A stretch of 64,000 nucleotides of DNA, from the NCBI GenBank assembly GCA_902526965.1, contig CABZMT010000004.1, forward strand, positions 7,996 through 71,995. Direction: 5' to 3'. This DNA is from an uncultured Alphaproteobacteria bacterium (GTDB lineage Bacteria > Pseudomonadota > Alphaproteobacteria > HIMB59). Position numbers and translations under genes: made by a program. Shown here one piece after another: positions 9,126-18,686 of this stretch (position 1 is its first letter; every line of letters starts with the position of its first letter). Under the pieces are notes generated by a model. That model ran no database searches. It saw only the letters and a program-made list of their open reading frames with translations, and was not told where the DNA came from.

Positions 9126-9946
9126 TCCCAAATAGCGTTTGGTGGCATTGACATCAGTATAGCATCAATATTTCCATCAGTTTTTAGTCCAAAAAGTGTT
9201 CCACGATCATAAAGTAAATTAAATTCCACATAGCGAGACCTTTTTTTCATTAAAAGATGGAGGTCATTTTCATTATATTTTAAATCTTTCTTTCTTTTTA
9301 CATTTTCAATTACAAAATTTATAAAACACTGACCAATATCTCTCACAAAAGAAAAGTCTTTTTCAAAATTGTCATGCATATAATCAAAAAATATTCCTCC
9401 AATACCTCTAGATTCTTTTCTATGTTGTAAGTAAAAATATTCGTCACATTCCTTTTTAAATTTGCTGTAAAAATTAGAATTGTGTTGGTCACAAGTTCTT
9501 TTTAAAACTTCATGAAAGTTTTCTGATTCTTCATTTTCAGGAATTGCTGGAGTAAGATCACAACCTCCGCCAAACCATTGACTTTCATTTGTTGTAATAT
9601 ACCGCGTATTAAAATGTGCAGCAGCTATTTTAGGGTTTTTCATATGGGCAACTACAGAAATTCCAGATGCCCAGAATTTTCCATCTTTATCTGTTCCAGG
9701 CATACTTTTTCTAATATCTTCACTGAAAACACCGTGAACGGTTGATATATTTACTCCTACTTTTTCAAAAATATCTCCCTTTAATATAGACATTAACCCA
9801 CCACCTCCACCTGGCCTTTGCCAACTTTTTTCGTTAAATCTTGAACTATCAACTTTTTGAATAGCTCCGATCATTTGATTTCGGAGTTCCTGAAACCACT
9901 TTTCTGCTTTAATTTGCTGGTTTTTTATTTGATCACTCATACCCAC
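9122..9946 (-). CDS. hemF: Oxygen-dependent coproporphyrinogen III oxidase
   Basis: WFGGGCDLTP, RGIGGIFFD, RYVEFNLLYDRGTLFGL. Confidence 0.96.
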   Translation of the reverse strand: MGMSDQIKNQQIKAEKWFQELRNQMIGAIQKVDSSRFNEKSWQRPGGGGGLMSILKGDIFEKVGVNISTVHGVFSEDIRKSMPGTDKDGKFWASGISVVAHMKNPKIAAAHFNTRYITTNESQWFGGGCDLTPAIPENEESENFHEVLKRTCDQHNSNFYSKFKKECDEYFYLQHRKESRGIGGIFFDYMHDNFEKDFSFVRDIGQCFINFVIENVKRKKDLKYNENDLHLLMKKRSRYVEFNLLYDRGTLFGLKTDGNIDAILMSMPPNAIWD

Positions 9947-10959
9947 CCATGTAGTTCGTTTTCCAACAACGAAGTGAGTAGGAGTATATGATCTTCTCGA
10001 TCATTTAGACAAGGAATATATCCAAATTCCTTTCCACCATTTTCCATAAATATTTCTCTATTTTCTTCATTAAGTTCTTCAATAGTCTCGAGACAGTCTG
10101 AGGAAAAAGCTGGACTAATAACATGAATATGGTCCGTGCCATTTTTTGCCAGGCTCTCAATTGTTTTATCAGTATATGGTTGAAGCCACTCTGCTGGTCC
10201 AAATCTAGATTGGAATGTTGTCATGTAGCTTTCTTCTGGTAAACCCATGGCCTCGGCTACTAATCTAGTAGTTTTTCTACAAAAACAGTGATACGGATCT
10301 CCTTTGTCTAAATATTTTTTTGGGACACCATGATAGCTAAATAAGATTTTTTTAGGTTTATCGTTTTTAGCCCAGAACTCTTCAATACTATTTTTAAGTG
10401 CTTTTATGTAAAGCTCATGTTCGTAATAGCCTCCAATAAAACGAAGAGAAGGTACCCAACGCCAATTTTGTAATTCTTCTGCAACTGCATCAAATGTTGA
10501 TCCTGTAGTAGCCGCGCAATATTGAGGATATAAAGGTAGGACAATAATACGATCACAATTTTGATTACGTAAGTTATTCAAACCTTTAGAAATACTTGGG
10601 TTGCCATAGCGCATTCCAATATCAAATACGATATTTTTATATTTTTTACTAATTACATTCTTAATTTTTGTTAACTGTGATTCCGTGTGATGCAAAAGCG
10701 GAGATCCTTTTTCAGTCCAAACAGATTTATAATTTTTAGCAGACTTTGCAGGTCGAGTATTTAAAACTATACCGTTAAGTATTGGCCACCAAATAGCTTT
10801 TGGCGTTTCTATTACACGTTTATCTGATAGAAATTGTTTTAAGTAAATTTTTAAAGAAGATTTAGTTGGCTTATCTGGTGTTCCTAAATTTGTTAACAGG
10901 ATACCAGTTTTCAAACCAGATCCATGAACATAGAGTTTATTACCTTTAAAAGAAGCCAT
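9937..10959 (-). CDS. hemH: Ferrochelatase
   Basis: NLGTP, MRYGNP, LYPQY, SYHGVP, FQSRFG, DCLET. Confidence 0.96.
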   Translation of the reverse strand: MASFKGNKLYVHGSGLKTGILLTNLGTPDKPTKSSLKIYLKQFLSDKRVIETPKAIWWPILNGIVLNTRPAKSAKNYKSVWTEKGSPLLHHTESQLTKIKNVISKKYKNIVFDIGMRYGNPSISKGLNNLRNQNCDRIIVLPLYPQYCAATTGSTFDAVAEELQNWRWVPSLRFIGGYYEHELYIKALKNSIEEFWAKNDKPKKILFSYHGVPKKYLDKGDPYHCFCRKTTRLVAEAMGLPEESYMTTFQSRFGPAEWLQPYTDKTIESLAKNGTDHIHVISPAFSSDCLETIEELNEENREIFMENGGKEFGYIPCLNDREDHILLLTSLLENELHGWV

Positions 10960-10968
10960 TGAAAAACA

Positions 10969-11994
10969 TTACGATTTTAGCGATAATTTAGTTCTTATCT
11001 TTTCTATGAATAGGTGAACGTTAGCCTCAGGTGTAGTTTTTTTTACACCATGATCCAGGCTAGCTATCCAACCTGATCTATGGGATATATCATTTTGCAT
11101 GCATTTTTCTAAATATTCATCGAGGATATGTGAAAAAGCTTTTGTGTCTTCCATGGCTAGTAAATTATTTGAAAAATTTCCTTGTAAAGATAAATGCGTT
11201 TTTGGTAATTCATTAAATATTTCTAAATTGGCCCCAAGCACAGTTAGTTTTAAATTTTCTAATCTTTGCAATTTATTAAATTTGTTTTTTGAAATTTCTT
11301 TTGTGAAATAACCAATCTTATTGGGATAACTATCTGCAATTTTTTTTATAAAAGGAATCACAAACTTATCAAATTCTTCATCATTAAGATTATTAGCCTC
11401 AGTATCAAAAATCATCAATAGATCTATGTTACTTTGAAACTGAATTTGGATATTTTTATGAATTAACTTTTCTAAGATTGGTAGGGTTTGTTGAAATAAT
11501 GTTTCTGATACAGGATTATGCCTGATTGCAAAATGGTATAAAGTTAAAGGCCCACCAGTAAAACCAATTAAGGACTTATCGTCTGATAATTCATTTCTAA
11601 TAAGATTGAGTGATTTACTTTGAAATTCCATGAAACTATCAAATTCATCAATATTAAACTCAGATATCATTTTAGAATTTAAATTTCTTTCAAATATAGG
11701 GCTGGGTTTAAATTTCAGGCCCATCCCTAAATAATCTAAAGGAAAAAGTATATCGCTAAATAGTATTGCAGCATCAAAGTCAAACTCAGCAATAGGTCCT
11801 AGAGTCACTTCACAAGCTAGCTCAGGCTCTTTACATAATTGCTCAAAAGAATATTTTTCTTTTAAATTTCTATAATGTTTATGATACCGACCAGCTTGTC
11901 TCATCAGCCAAATAGGGGGAACTTTTTGCTCTACTTTATTTAAAGCATTGTGAAATTTTTTGTTATAAGTATTTTGCAATATCCCTTGCCCCAT
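10969..11994 (-). CDS. hemE: Uroporphyrinogen decarboxylase
   Basis: PIWLMRQAGRY, DAAILFSDIL, LQGN, LDHGV. Confidence 0.93.
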   Translation of the reverse strand: MGQGILQNTYNKKFHNALNKVEQKVPPIWLMRQAGRYHKHYRNLKEKYSFEQLCKEPELACEVTLGPIAEFDFDAAILFSDILFPLDYLGMGLKFKPSPIFERNLNSKMISEFNIDEFDSFMEFQSKSLNLIRNELSDDKSLIGFTGGPLTLYHFAIRHNPVSETLFQQTLPILEKLIHKNIQIQFQSNIDLLMIFDTEANNLNDEEFDKFVIPFIKKIADSYPNKIGYFTKEISKNKFNKLQRLENLKLTVLGANLEIFNELPKTHLSLQGNFSNNLLAMEDTKAFSHILDEYLEKCMQNDISHRSGWIASLDHGVKKTTPEANVHLFIEKIRTKLSLKS

Positions 11995-12886
11995 AAGTAA
12001 TAATAAAATCTGATTGTGCTCTTTTGAAGACCTCCAAAGACTCTCTTAGTAAATCAATATAGTTGCCAAAATTAGCTTTGCTGAGCATTTGCAAACTAGC
12101 AAATTCACCACTTACCTGAAACGTCCCTGTAGGAAGTAGTGTTTCTTTTTTTATATCTCCAATTAAATCAATTGATGTCATTCCTGGTTTAACCATTAAA
12201 TAATTTGCTCCTTGTGCAGCATTATTGATAGAACTATTGATTGCTTTTTTTTTGTCTACAACTGGCAACTGATATGATGATCGATCAAAACCTTTAGGTG
12301 ACGATTTTGCTACATTTCTAAACGGACCATAAAAATGACTTTTAAATTTTGTTGAGTAACTCATAATCTGAGAATTAGAAAATCCATTTTGTGCAAAGAT
12401 TTTTCTTAAATATTTTGTTGTATTTTTCATCATATCACTTGGAGCTATTATATCTGCACCTGCCTCAAGATATGTATTTGCTGCTAATCCTAAAGAGTAA
12501 TGAGTTTTCCTAAGATCGATAGATTTTTGATGAGTTATTCCACAATGCCCATCATGAGTAATAGAGCACAGGCACGTATCGATGAGCAATACTATATCTT
12601 TACCAAAATATTTTTTAATTTTTCTAATTACCTCGTAGTGAAAGCTAAAATCTTCAGGAGTTCTTTGTTTTTGAAGAGGTACAATAAACAAAAGAAAATT
12701 ATTTATACCTCTTTTAAGATCCTTCTCAATTGCCTTGATGACAGTAGAACACGACCAACTTTTATTATCACCTAATCCTTTAATTTTTTTGGAGTCATTT
12801 ACTTTCTGATCCACAAAAAAAGGCTGTATGAGCATTTTCTTTTTTATAGTATTTGACCGATCTATAGGGAAATAATTTTTTATCAT
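11963..12886 (-). CDS. hemB: Porphobilinogen synthase, Zn-binding type
   Basis: DTCLCSITHDGHCG, APSDMM, MSYSTKF, FYGPFR, MVKPG. Confidence 0.93.
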   Translation of the reverse strand: MIKNYFPIDRSNTIKKKMLIQPFFVDQKVNDSKKIKGLGDNKSWSCSTVIKAIEKDLKRGINNFLLFIVPLQKQRTPEDFSFHYEVIRKIKKYFGKDIVLLIDTCLCSITHDGHCGITHQKSIDLRKTHYSLGLAANTYLEAGADIIAPSDMMKNTTKYLRKIFAQNGFSNSQIMSYSTKFKSHFYGPFRNVAKSSPKGFDRSSYQLPVVDKKKAINSSINNAAQGANYLMVKPGMTSIDLIGDIKKETLLPTGTFQVSGEFASLQMLSKANFGNYIDLLRESLEVFKRAQSDFIITYGARDIAKYL

Positions 12887-14397
12887 TTAAGTTCAAATTT
12901 TTTAAAATCCTCATATGTAAGATATATGTTTAATTGATTTTTAGGAATAAATTTAGAAATTTGAAGATAAGTTTGTCCAGGACCACATGCATTTCGCTTA
13001 TTTATTATTTCTGGCCTGAGTTGTATAGCTATTTTGAAAGCCGAAAAGCTCATCCAATAAAAGCTCTCAGCAATAAATAAATTATCAATGGTAGTATCGT
13101 TAATAAGAGGGGTTAAACTATAATGTGAAATTTTTGGAAATTTTGTTTTTAGATTATTTTCCTTGTATGTGAGTTTATATGTAGTGTGATTATTGCCTTT
13201 GTAAACATTTTCAATCTGTCTGTAATTTTCTCCAAAACCATCAAGAGATGAATTTACAAGAATACCTTTTTTATTTATTTTTTTCCAAGAGGTGACACCA
13301 GAAGTAATAAGATTAGATACATTTTTTAAAGACCCAAATTCTTTAAAGCTTGCTCGTGTTGCTAGAACGTTTTTATTCTTTATAGTCTTGCTAAATTCTA
13401 TCAAATCTCTTCTGAACATTTGATAATTAGAGATGTTTAAAGGAAATATATTCTTAACTTTTTTTACATGCTTATTATTAAGATATTTTTTTTCGTTAAA
13501 ATATTTTTTTGTCTGAGTGTCTTTACCTCGAGCAAACAGAATTCTTTCGTTTAATATATTTTCAATCGTTACCCCTATATCGAGATTACAACCTCCCCCC
13601 CACTTATATAAATACTTCCTCTCCATATAACAATCTTCAGAAGTGGGCAAATGATTTATTTTTTCTAATATTTTTTTAATTTTTTCATCATTTTTTCTGA
13701 ACTCTAAAGCAATACATCCCTGAGCAGCAGCACTTGGGAATTCAGAAATTGGTAAAATTACCTTTTCAAACTTTTCAAAATTAAATCTAAATTTATTATA
13801 CTCTTTTTTATCGATTTTTTGCCCGTATTTAAAAATTCTATCAGTAGCAGCTTTTGCAATAAATAATCCATCCTCTTTAGAGGAATTTAAAACTTTTTCT
13901 AGTCTTGATGGAACATTACCCCTTATCTGAATTGATTTTAATTCCTGAAACGGAAGAAATTCCTTTAATTTTTTTAAATAATATTTTCTTCTTGGAGAAG
14001 AGGTTCCAATTACTAATTTTTTTTTATCTAATGATGATTTCTTTATTAGAATAATATCTCTTGGATCATCTCTTTGAAGACAAACAAACGAAGTTTTATT
14101 AAGATTTTTAACAGGTAGATCTTTGAATGAATGAACTACAACATCTGCCTCTTTTAAAACTAATTTCTTTGAGAGAGAATTTGTAAATATACCAAAACCA
14201 TGCTGTTCCCAGGCTTTTGCCGAAAGATCATTGTCACCGATACTAGATGAGTAATGAGTATCAATTATATTTTTTTTAATCTTATTAATTTCTTTTTTTG
14301 CTATATGTGTTTGAATTTTAGCTAGAAAACTTTTTCTTGATAATAAAACTATTTTTTTCATATCTTTTGATGACATTAAGAAATAACAAATAATCAA
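12883..14397 (-). CDS. hemC: Hydroxymethylbilane synthase with a C-terminal extension (probable HemC-HemD fusion); true start probably a downstream ATG
   Basis: VHSFKDLP, GTSSPRR, IRGNV, AAAQG, GGGC; about 200 extra C-terminal aa with WMSFSAF and ACGPGQT. Confidence 0.88.
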   Translation of the reverse strand: MIICYFLMSSKDMKKIVLLSRKSFLAKIQTHIAKKEINKIKKNIIDTHYSSSIGDNDLSAKAWEQHGFGIFTNSLSKKLVLKEADVVVHSFKDLPVKNLNKTSFVCLQRDDPRDIILIKKSSLDKKKLVIGTSSPRRKYYLKKLKEFLPFQELKSIQIRGNVPSRLEKVLNSSKEDGLFIAKAATDRIFKYGQKIDKKEYNKFRFNFEKFEKVILPISEFPSAAAQGCIALEFRKNDEKIKKILEKINHLPTSEDCYMERKYLYKWGGGCNLDIGVTIENILNERILFARGKDTQTKKYFNEKKYLNNKHVKKVKNIFPLNISNYQMFRRDLIEFSKTIKNKNVLATRASFKEFGSLKNVSNLITSGVTSWKKINKKGILVNSSLDGFGENYRQIENVYKGNNHTTYKLTYKENNLKTKFPKISHYSLTPLINDTTIDNLFIAESFYWMSFSAFKIAIQLRPEIINKRNACGPGQTYLQISKFIPKNQLNIYLTYEDFKKFELK

Positions 14398-14477
14398 CCT
14401 TATTACAATTTAAGCGAGACTTAATGGTCAATATGTACTTAAGTAAAAATATGTTATAGCTAGATAATATTCAAAAG

Positions 14478-15155
14478 ATGAGTCAGAAATCAGTTTTAAT
14501 TGTAGGTGCAGGTTCAGGTCTAAGTGCCTCATTAGCTAGAATTTTTCATTCTAATGGTATGAAAATTGCTCTAGCTGCAAGAAATATTGAAAAACTTAGC
14601 TCTTTAAAACAAGAGACTGATGCTTTGGTTTTTAAGTGTGACTCAACTGATAATAAAAGTGTTCATGATTTATTCTCACAAATTGACTCAACTATTGGCA
14701 CCCCAGATATCGTCATATACAATCCTTCTCTAAGAATAGTAAAACCTTTTGTAGAATATGAACCAGATGAGATGCTTCAATCAATAAAAGTAAATAGCTA
14801 TGGGGCATTCTTAGTAGCGCATGAGTCGGCAAAAAGAATGATTAAATCAAGACAAGGAAATATATTTTTTACAGGCTCATCTGCAAGCGTAAAAGGATTC
14901 GCCAAATCTGCTTCTTTTGCAATTGGCAAGTTTGGATTAAGAGGCTTAGCTCAATCATTGGCTAGAGAATTACACCCACAAAATATTCATATTGGTCATT
15001 TTGTGATTGATGGAGGAATTGGCAAAGAACCAATTGGAAATTATCAAATGATACATCCTGATGAAATTGCAAAACAATACCTCAACTTCTACCAACAAGA
15101 TAAAAAAGCCTGGTCTTGGGAAATTGAGATTAGATCTAATACTGAAAAATTTTAG
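14478..15155 (+). CDS. Short-chain dehydrogenase/reductase
   Basis: GAGSGLS, FAIGKFGLRGLAQSLAREL. Confidence 0.9.
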   Translation: MSQKSVLIVGAGSGLSASLARIFHSNGMKIALAARNIEKLSSLKQETDALVFKCDSTDNKSVHDLFSQIDSTIGTPDIVIYNPSLRIVKPFVEYEPDEMLQSIKVNSYGAFLVAHESAKRMIKSRQGNIFFTGSSASVKGFAKSASFAIGKFGLRGLAQSLARELHPQNIHIGHFVIDGGIGKEPIGNYQMIHPDEIAKQYLNFYQQDKKAWSWEIEIRSNTEKF

Positions 15156-15164
15156 AAGAATATT

Positions 15165-16184
15165 TTGGAAATAGGTATAGACAGTTTTGCTGATAAAAGA
15201 GAAGGATCAGATAGTGTCAAAGCGATTAATAACGTCATTGATAGAATTATTTTTGCTGATGAGGTCGGTTTAAATTCATTTGGAATAGGTGAGCACCATC
15301 GAAAAGAATTTTTAGACTCTGCTCCATTCATGCTTTTATCTGCAGCTGCAGCAAAAACAAAAAAAATAAAATTGATAAGTGCTGTAACTGTTCTAAGTGC
15401 AGCAGATCCTGTTCGGGTATTTCAAAATTTATCTACTCTTGACTTAATATCTGGTGGTAGGGCAGAAATGGTTGCAGGTAGAGGATCATTTTCTGAAGCA
15501 TTTCCTCTATTTGGTTTAGATTTTAAAGATTACGATGACTTATTTATTGAAAAACTTAATTTGCTTCTGAATATAAGAGAAAACGAATTTGTTAGTTGGT
15601 CTGGTAAATTTAGACCTCCAATAAATAATTTACCTGTTTACCCAAGGCCTATTCAAAATCCAGTACCAATCTGGTTGGGTGTAGGCGGGACCCCTCAATC
15701 TTTTGCAAGAGCCGGATCAATGGGCATGCCTTTAATGATTGCAATTATCGGTGGTAATACCCATCGTTTCAAACCTTTGGTAGATATTTACAGGCAAGCT
15801 GGTAAAGATGCAGGACATCCTCCTGAAAAACTTTCTGTGGGACTTCATTCATTAGGATATGTAGCAAATAGTATGGATGAAGCAATTAGTTTATATTATG
15901 AGGGTTACCAAAAAATGTTTACAAAAATTGGAAGAGAAAGAGGTTGGGGCCCTGTTACTAGAGACCAATTTGATAATCAGATAGGCCCATTAGGTGCAAT
16001 TGTTTTAGGGGATCCAGATCAAGTAGCTGAAAAAATTATTAGGCACAGCAAGGCTCTCGGAGGAGTCGATAGATTCCAATTTCAAATGGATATTGCCGAT
16101 ATCACTCATGAAAATTTAATCAAATCTATTAAACTTATTGGAAAAGAGGTAATTCCAAGGGTAAATAGGACAAAAAGTCCTTAA
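15165..16184 (+). CDS. Luciferase-like (LLM class) flavin-dependent oxidoreductase
   Basis: GEHH, SAVTVLSAADPVRV, GRGS, PVYPRP. Confidence 0.92.
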   Translation: MEIGIDSFADKREGSDSVKAINNVIDRIIFADEVGLNSFGIGEHHRKEFLDSAPFMLLSAAAAKTKKIKLISAVTVLSAADPVRVFQNLSTLDLISGGRAEMVAGRGSFSEAFPLFGLDFKDYDDLFIEKLNLLLNIRENEFVSWSGKFRPPINNLPVYPRPIQNPVPIWLGVGGTPQSFARAGSMGMPLMIAIIGGNTHRFKPLVDIYRQAGKDAGHPPEKLSVGLHSLGYVANSMDEAISLYYEGYQKMFTKIGRERGWGPVTRDQFDNQIGPLGAIVLGDPDQVAEKIIRHSKALGGVDRFQFQMDIADITHENLIKSIKLIGKEVIPRVNRTKSP

Positions 16185-16246
16185 ATATAAGCTTTATGCG
16201 TCTTTATTGCAGTATCTTTTAGAATACTAAAATTTAAATTTTAATT

Positions 16247-17515
16247 GTGAAAAATCACAATTGGAAATCTAATTACTCTAGTACTCTTCAATCAGAAATT
16301 GACAAAATTAAGGACGAGGGTCATTACAGAGTTTTTAATAATATTGAGAGAAAAGCTGGCCAGTATCCAAAGGCTACCAGACATACCAATGGTCAAACAG
16401 AAGAAATTGATGTCTGGTGTTCAAATGACTATTTAGGCATGAGCCAAAACAAAGAAGTAATATCTGCAATGCAGTCGGCCGCTGAAAAGCTAGGTGCAGG
16501 AAGCGGAGGTACAAGAAACATATCCGGTACTACTAATTTTCACATACAACTCGAAAAAGAAATTGCATTACTACATAAAAAGGAAAGAGCTTTAGCATTT
16601 AACTCAGGTTATAGTGCCAACGAATCAGCACTAAAATCTATAATATCTGCTTTTGATAATTGTTTAGTTTTAAGTGATGAACTTAATCATGCTTCATTGA
16701 TTGAGGGAATTCGCACAAGTAAAAAAGAAAAAGCTATTTATCGTCATAATGATGTAAAACATTTAAAAGATATCTTAAAAGGAGTTGATTTTTCTCGACC
16801 TAAAATTATTGTTTTAGAATCTGTGTATTCCATGGAAGCTGACTTTGCACCATTAGAGGATATCATTCAAGTTGCACAAGATAATGGTGCATTAATTTAC
16901 CTTGATGAAGTCCACGCTGTGGGTTTATACGGTCCTAATGCAGCAGGTGTAGCTGATCAAAGAGGCTTAGCTGAACATATTGATATAATTAATGGTACCT
17001 TAGCAAAGGCTTTCGGGCTGGCAGGCGGATATATTGCTTCGACAGAGACTATAATTGATTTTGTCAGAAGTTTCTCAAAAGGATTTATTTTTACAACTTC
17101 TATGTGCCCTGCGGTCGCCGCTGGAAGTTTAGAAAGTATTAGGCAAGTAAAGAAAAGTAATGAAATTCGGTCTACATTTTTTGAGAATGTTGATTTAGTT
17201 AAAAAAGAGCTTCGCTCTGCAGGAATACCTTTTTTAGACTCAGGTTCTCATATAATTCCTGTATTAATTGGAGATAGTAAATTGTGTAAAGAAATTAGTG
17301 ATTTTCTTTTGAACGAGCACCAAGTTTATGTTCAGCCAATAAATTATCCCACTGTTCCAAAAGGAACTGAAAGAATTCGAATAACTCCAACTCCATGTCA
17401 CGACCCAGAGTCCACTGAAAAATTTGTGGATGCTTTAAAAGATGCTTGGTTCAAATTTATGCCTCAGTTATCTAAATTTGAAAATCAATTTACTAATAAA
17501 GCCAAAGCTATTTAA
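16247..17515 (+). CDS. hemA: 5-aminolevulinate synthase
   Basis: WCSNDYLG, GGTRNISGT, NHASLI, DEVHAVG, GTLAKAFG, INYPTV. Confidence 0.96.
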   Translation: MKNHNWKSNYSSTLQSEIDKIKDEGHYRVFNNIERKAGQYPKATRHTNGQTEEIDVWCSNDYLGMSQNKEVISAMQSAAEKLGAGSGGTRNISGTTNFHIQLEKEIALLHKKERALAFNSGYSANESALKSIISAFDNCLVLSDELNHASLIEGIRTSKKEKAIYRHNDVKHLKDILKGVDFSRPKIIVLESVYSMEADFAPLEDIIQVAQDNGALIYLDEVHAVGLYGPNAAGVADQRGLAEHIDIINGTLAKAFGLAGGYIASTETIIDFVRSFSKGFIFTTSMCPAVAAGSLESIRQVKKSNEIRSTFFENVDLVKKELRSAGIPFLDSGSHIIPVLIGDSKLCKEISDFLLNEHQVYVQPINYPTVPKGTERIRITPTPCHDPESTEKFVDALKDAWFKFMPQLSKFENQFTNKAKAI

Positions 17516-17558
17516 CACCTTATTTGATCGATCGTTATATTTGTTATAAAACATAATA

Positions 17559-18422
17559 ATGCGAGTAATAGCATTTTATAGCTTTATTGATATTTCCAAT
17601 CCTAAAAAATTAAAAGAAGAAATAAATTTATTCTTTCTTTTGAAAAAAATAAAAGGATCAATTCTTGTAAGCAAAGAAGGGCTCAATGGAACAATTACTA
17701 TCAACCAAAAAAAAGAAAAAAATACAATTAATTATTTAATCTCATTGGGTGTTTTAAATGAAAATATCAAAATATCTAATTATAGTGGCCAGGAAATATT
17801 TAAGGAATTTAAGATAAAACTTAAAAACGAAATTGTCACTTCTGATTTTGGATTAAAAATTTCTGAGATTAAACAAAGTAAATTCATACAACCAAATCAT
17901 TGGGATAAATTTATTAATAAAAGAGATGTAAAAATTATTGATACAAGAAATAATTATGAGTATAAAATTGGACATTTTAAAAATGCCATAAATCCTAAAA
18001 TCGATACATTTAAACAATTTAATGAATATATAAAAACAAATAAGGACCAATTTCAAAATAAAAAAGTAGCGATCTATTGCACTGGAGGTATTAGATGTGA
18101 AAAAGCTGGGCCCTTAATGGAAAAATACGGAATAGATACTTATCAACTTAAAGGAGGTATTTTAAAATATTTTGAACAAACTAATTCAAAATTATGGAAT
18201 GGAGAATGTTTTGTTTTTGATTATCGAGTATCTCTGAACAAAGAACTCTCAAAAGGAATAAGTAAGCTTTGTTATGGCTGTAATACGCCCTTGACAATTA
18301 AAGAGACAAAATCACCAAAATATGAAAAAGGATTTACTTGCCCTGTTTGTTTTGACAATATGACAGAAAAAAAGAGACGCTCTCTCAAAGACAAGCGAGA
18401 ACATTGGAAAAAAGTCTTTTAA
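17559..18422 (+). CDS. trhO: Rhodanese-domain tRNA uridine(34) hydroxylase (UPF0176)
   Basis: EGLNGT, DTRNNYE, YCTGGIRCEKA, GGILKY, GECFVFD. Confidence 0.9.
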   Translation: MRVIAFYSFIDISNPKKLKEEINLFFLLKKIKGSILVSKEGLNGTITINQKKEKNTINYLISLGVLNENIKISNYSGQEIFKEFKIKLKNEIVTSDFGLKISEIKQSKFIQPNHWDKFINKRDVKIIDTRNNYEYKIGHFKNAINPKIDTFKQFNEYIKTNKDQFQNKKVAIYCTGGIRCEKAGPLMEKYGIDTYQLKGGILKYFEQTNSKLWNGECFVFDYRVSLNKELSKGISKLCYGCNTPLTIKETKSPKYEKGFTCPVCFDNMTEKKRRSLKDKREHWKKVF

Positions 18423-18473
18423 TTTATCTAATATCAATCTTGACCAAATTTAAAATTAGTTTATTTTACGTCA

Positions 18474-18668
18474 ATGGCCAAAAAGTCCACTTATCAGTTA
18501 AAACAGTTGATACCTGAAGAAAAACCAGAAACAGGTACAAAATATATTGTACGTAAGCCTACAAAGGGTTTAAAAGTTTCTGATAAACTTCGCCAAAGAA
18601 AGTATGACCCTGTCTTGAAACATCATGTTTGGTTTGTTGAAAAGAAAATGCCTCCTCATAGTAAATAA
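18474..18668 (+). CDS. rpmG: 50S ribosomal protein L33 (no Zn ribbon)
   Basis: TGTKY..RK and KLRQRKYDPVLKHHVWFVEKK. Confidence 0.85.
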   Translation: MAKKSTYQLKQLIPEEKPETGTKYIVRKPTKGLKVSDKLRQRKYDPVLKHHVWFVEKKMPPHSK

Positions 18669-18686
18669 TTTTGTTATTCTCTAACT

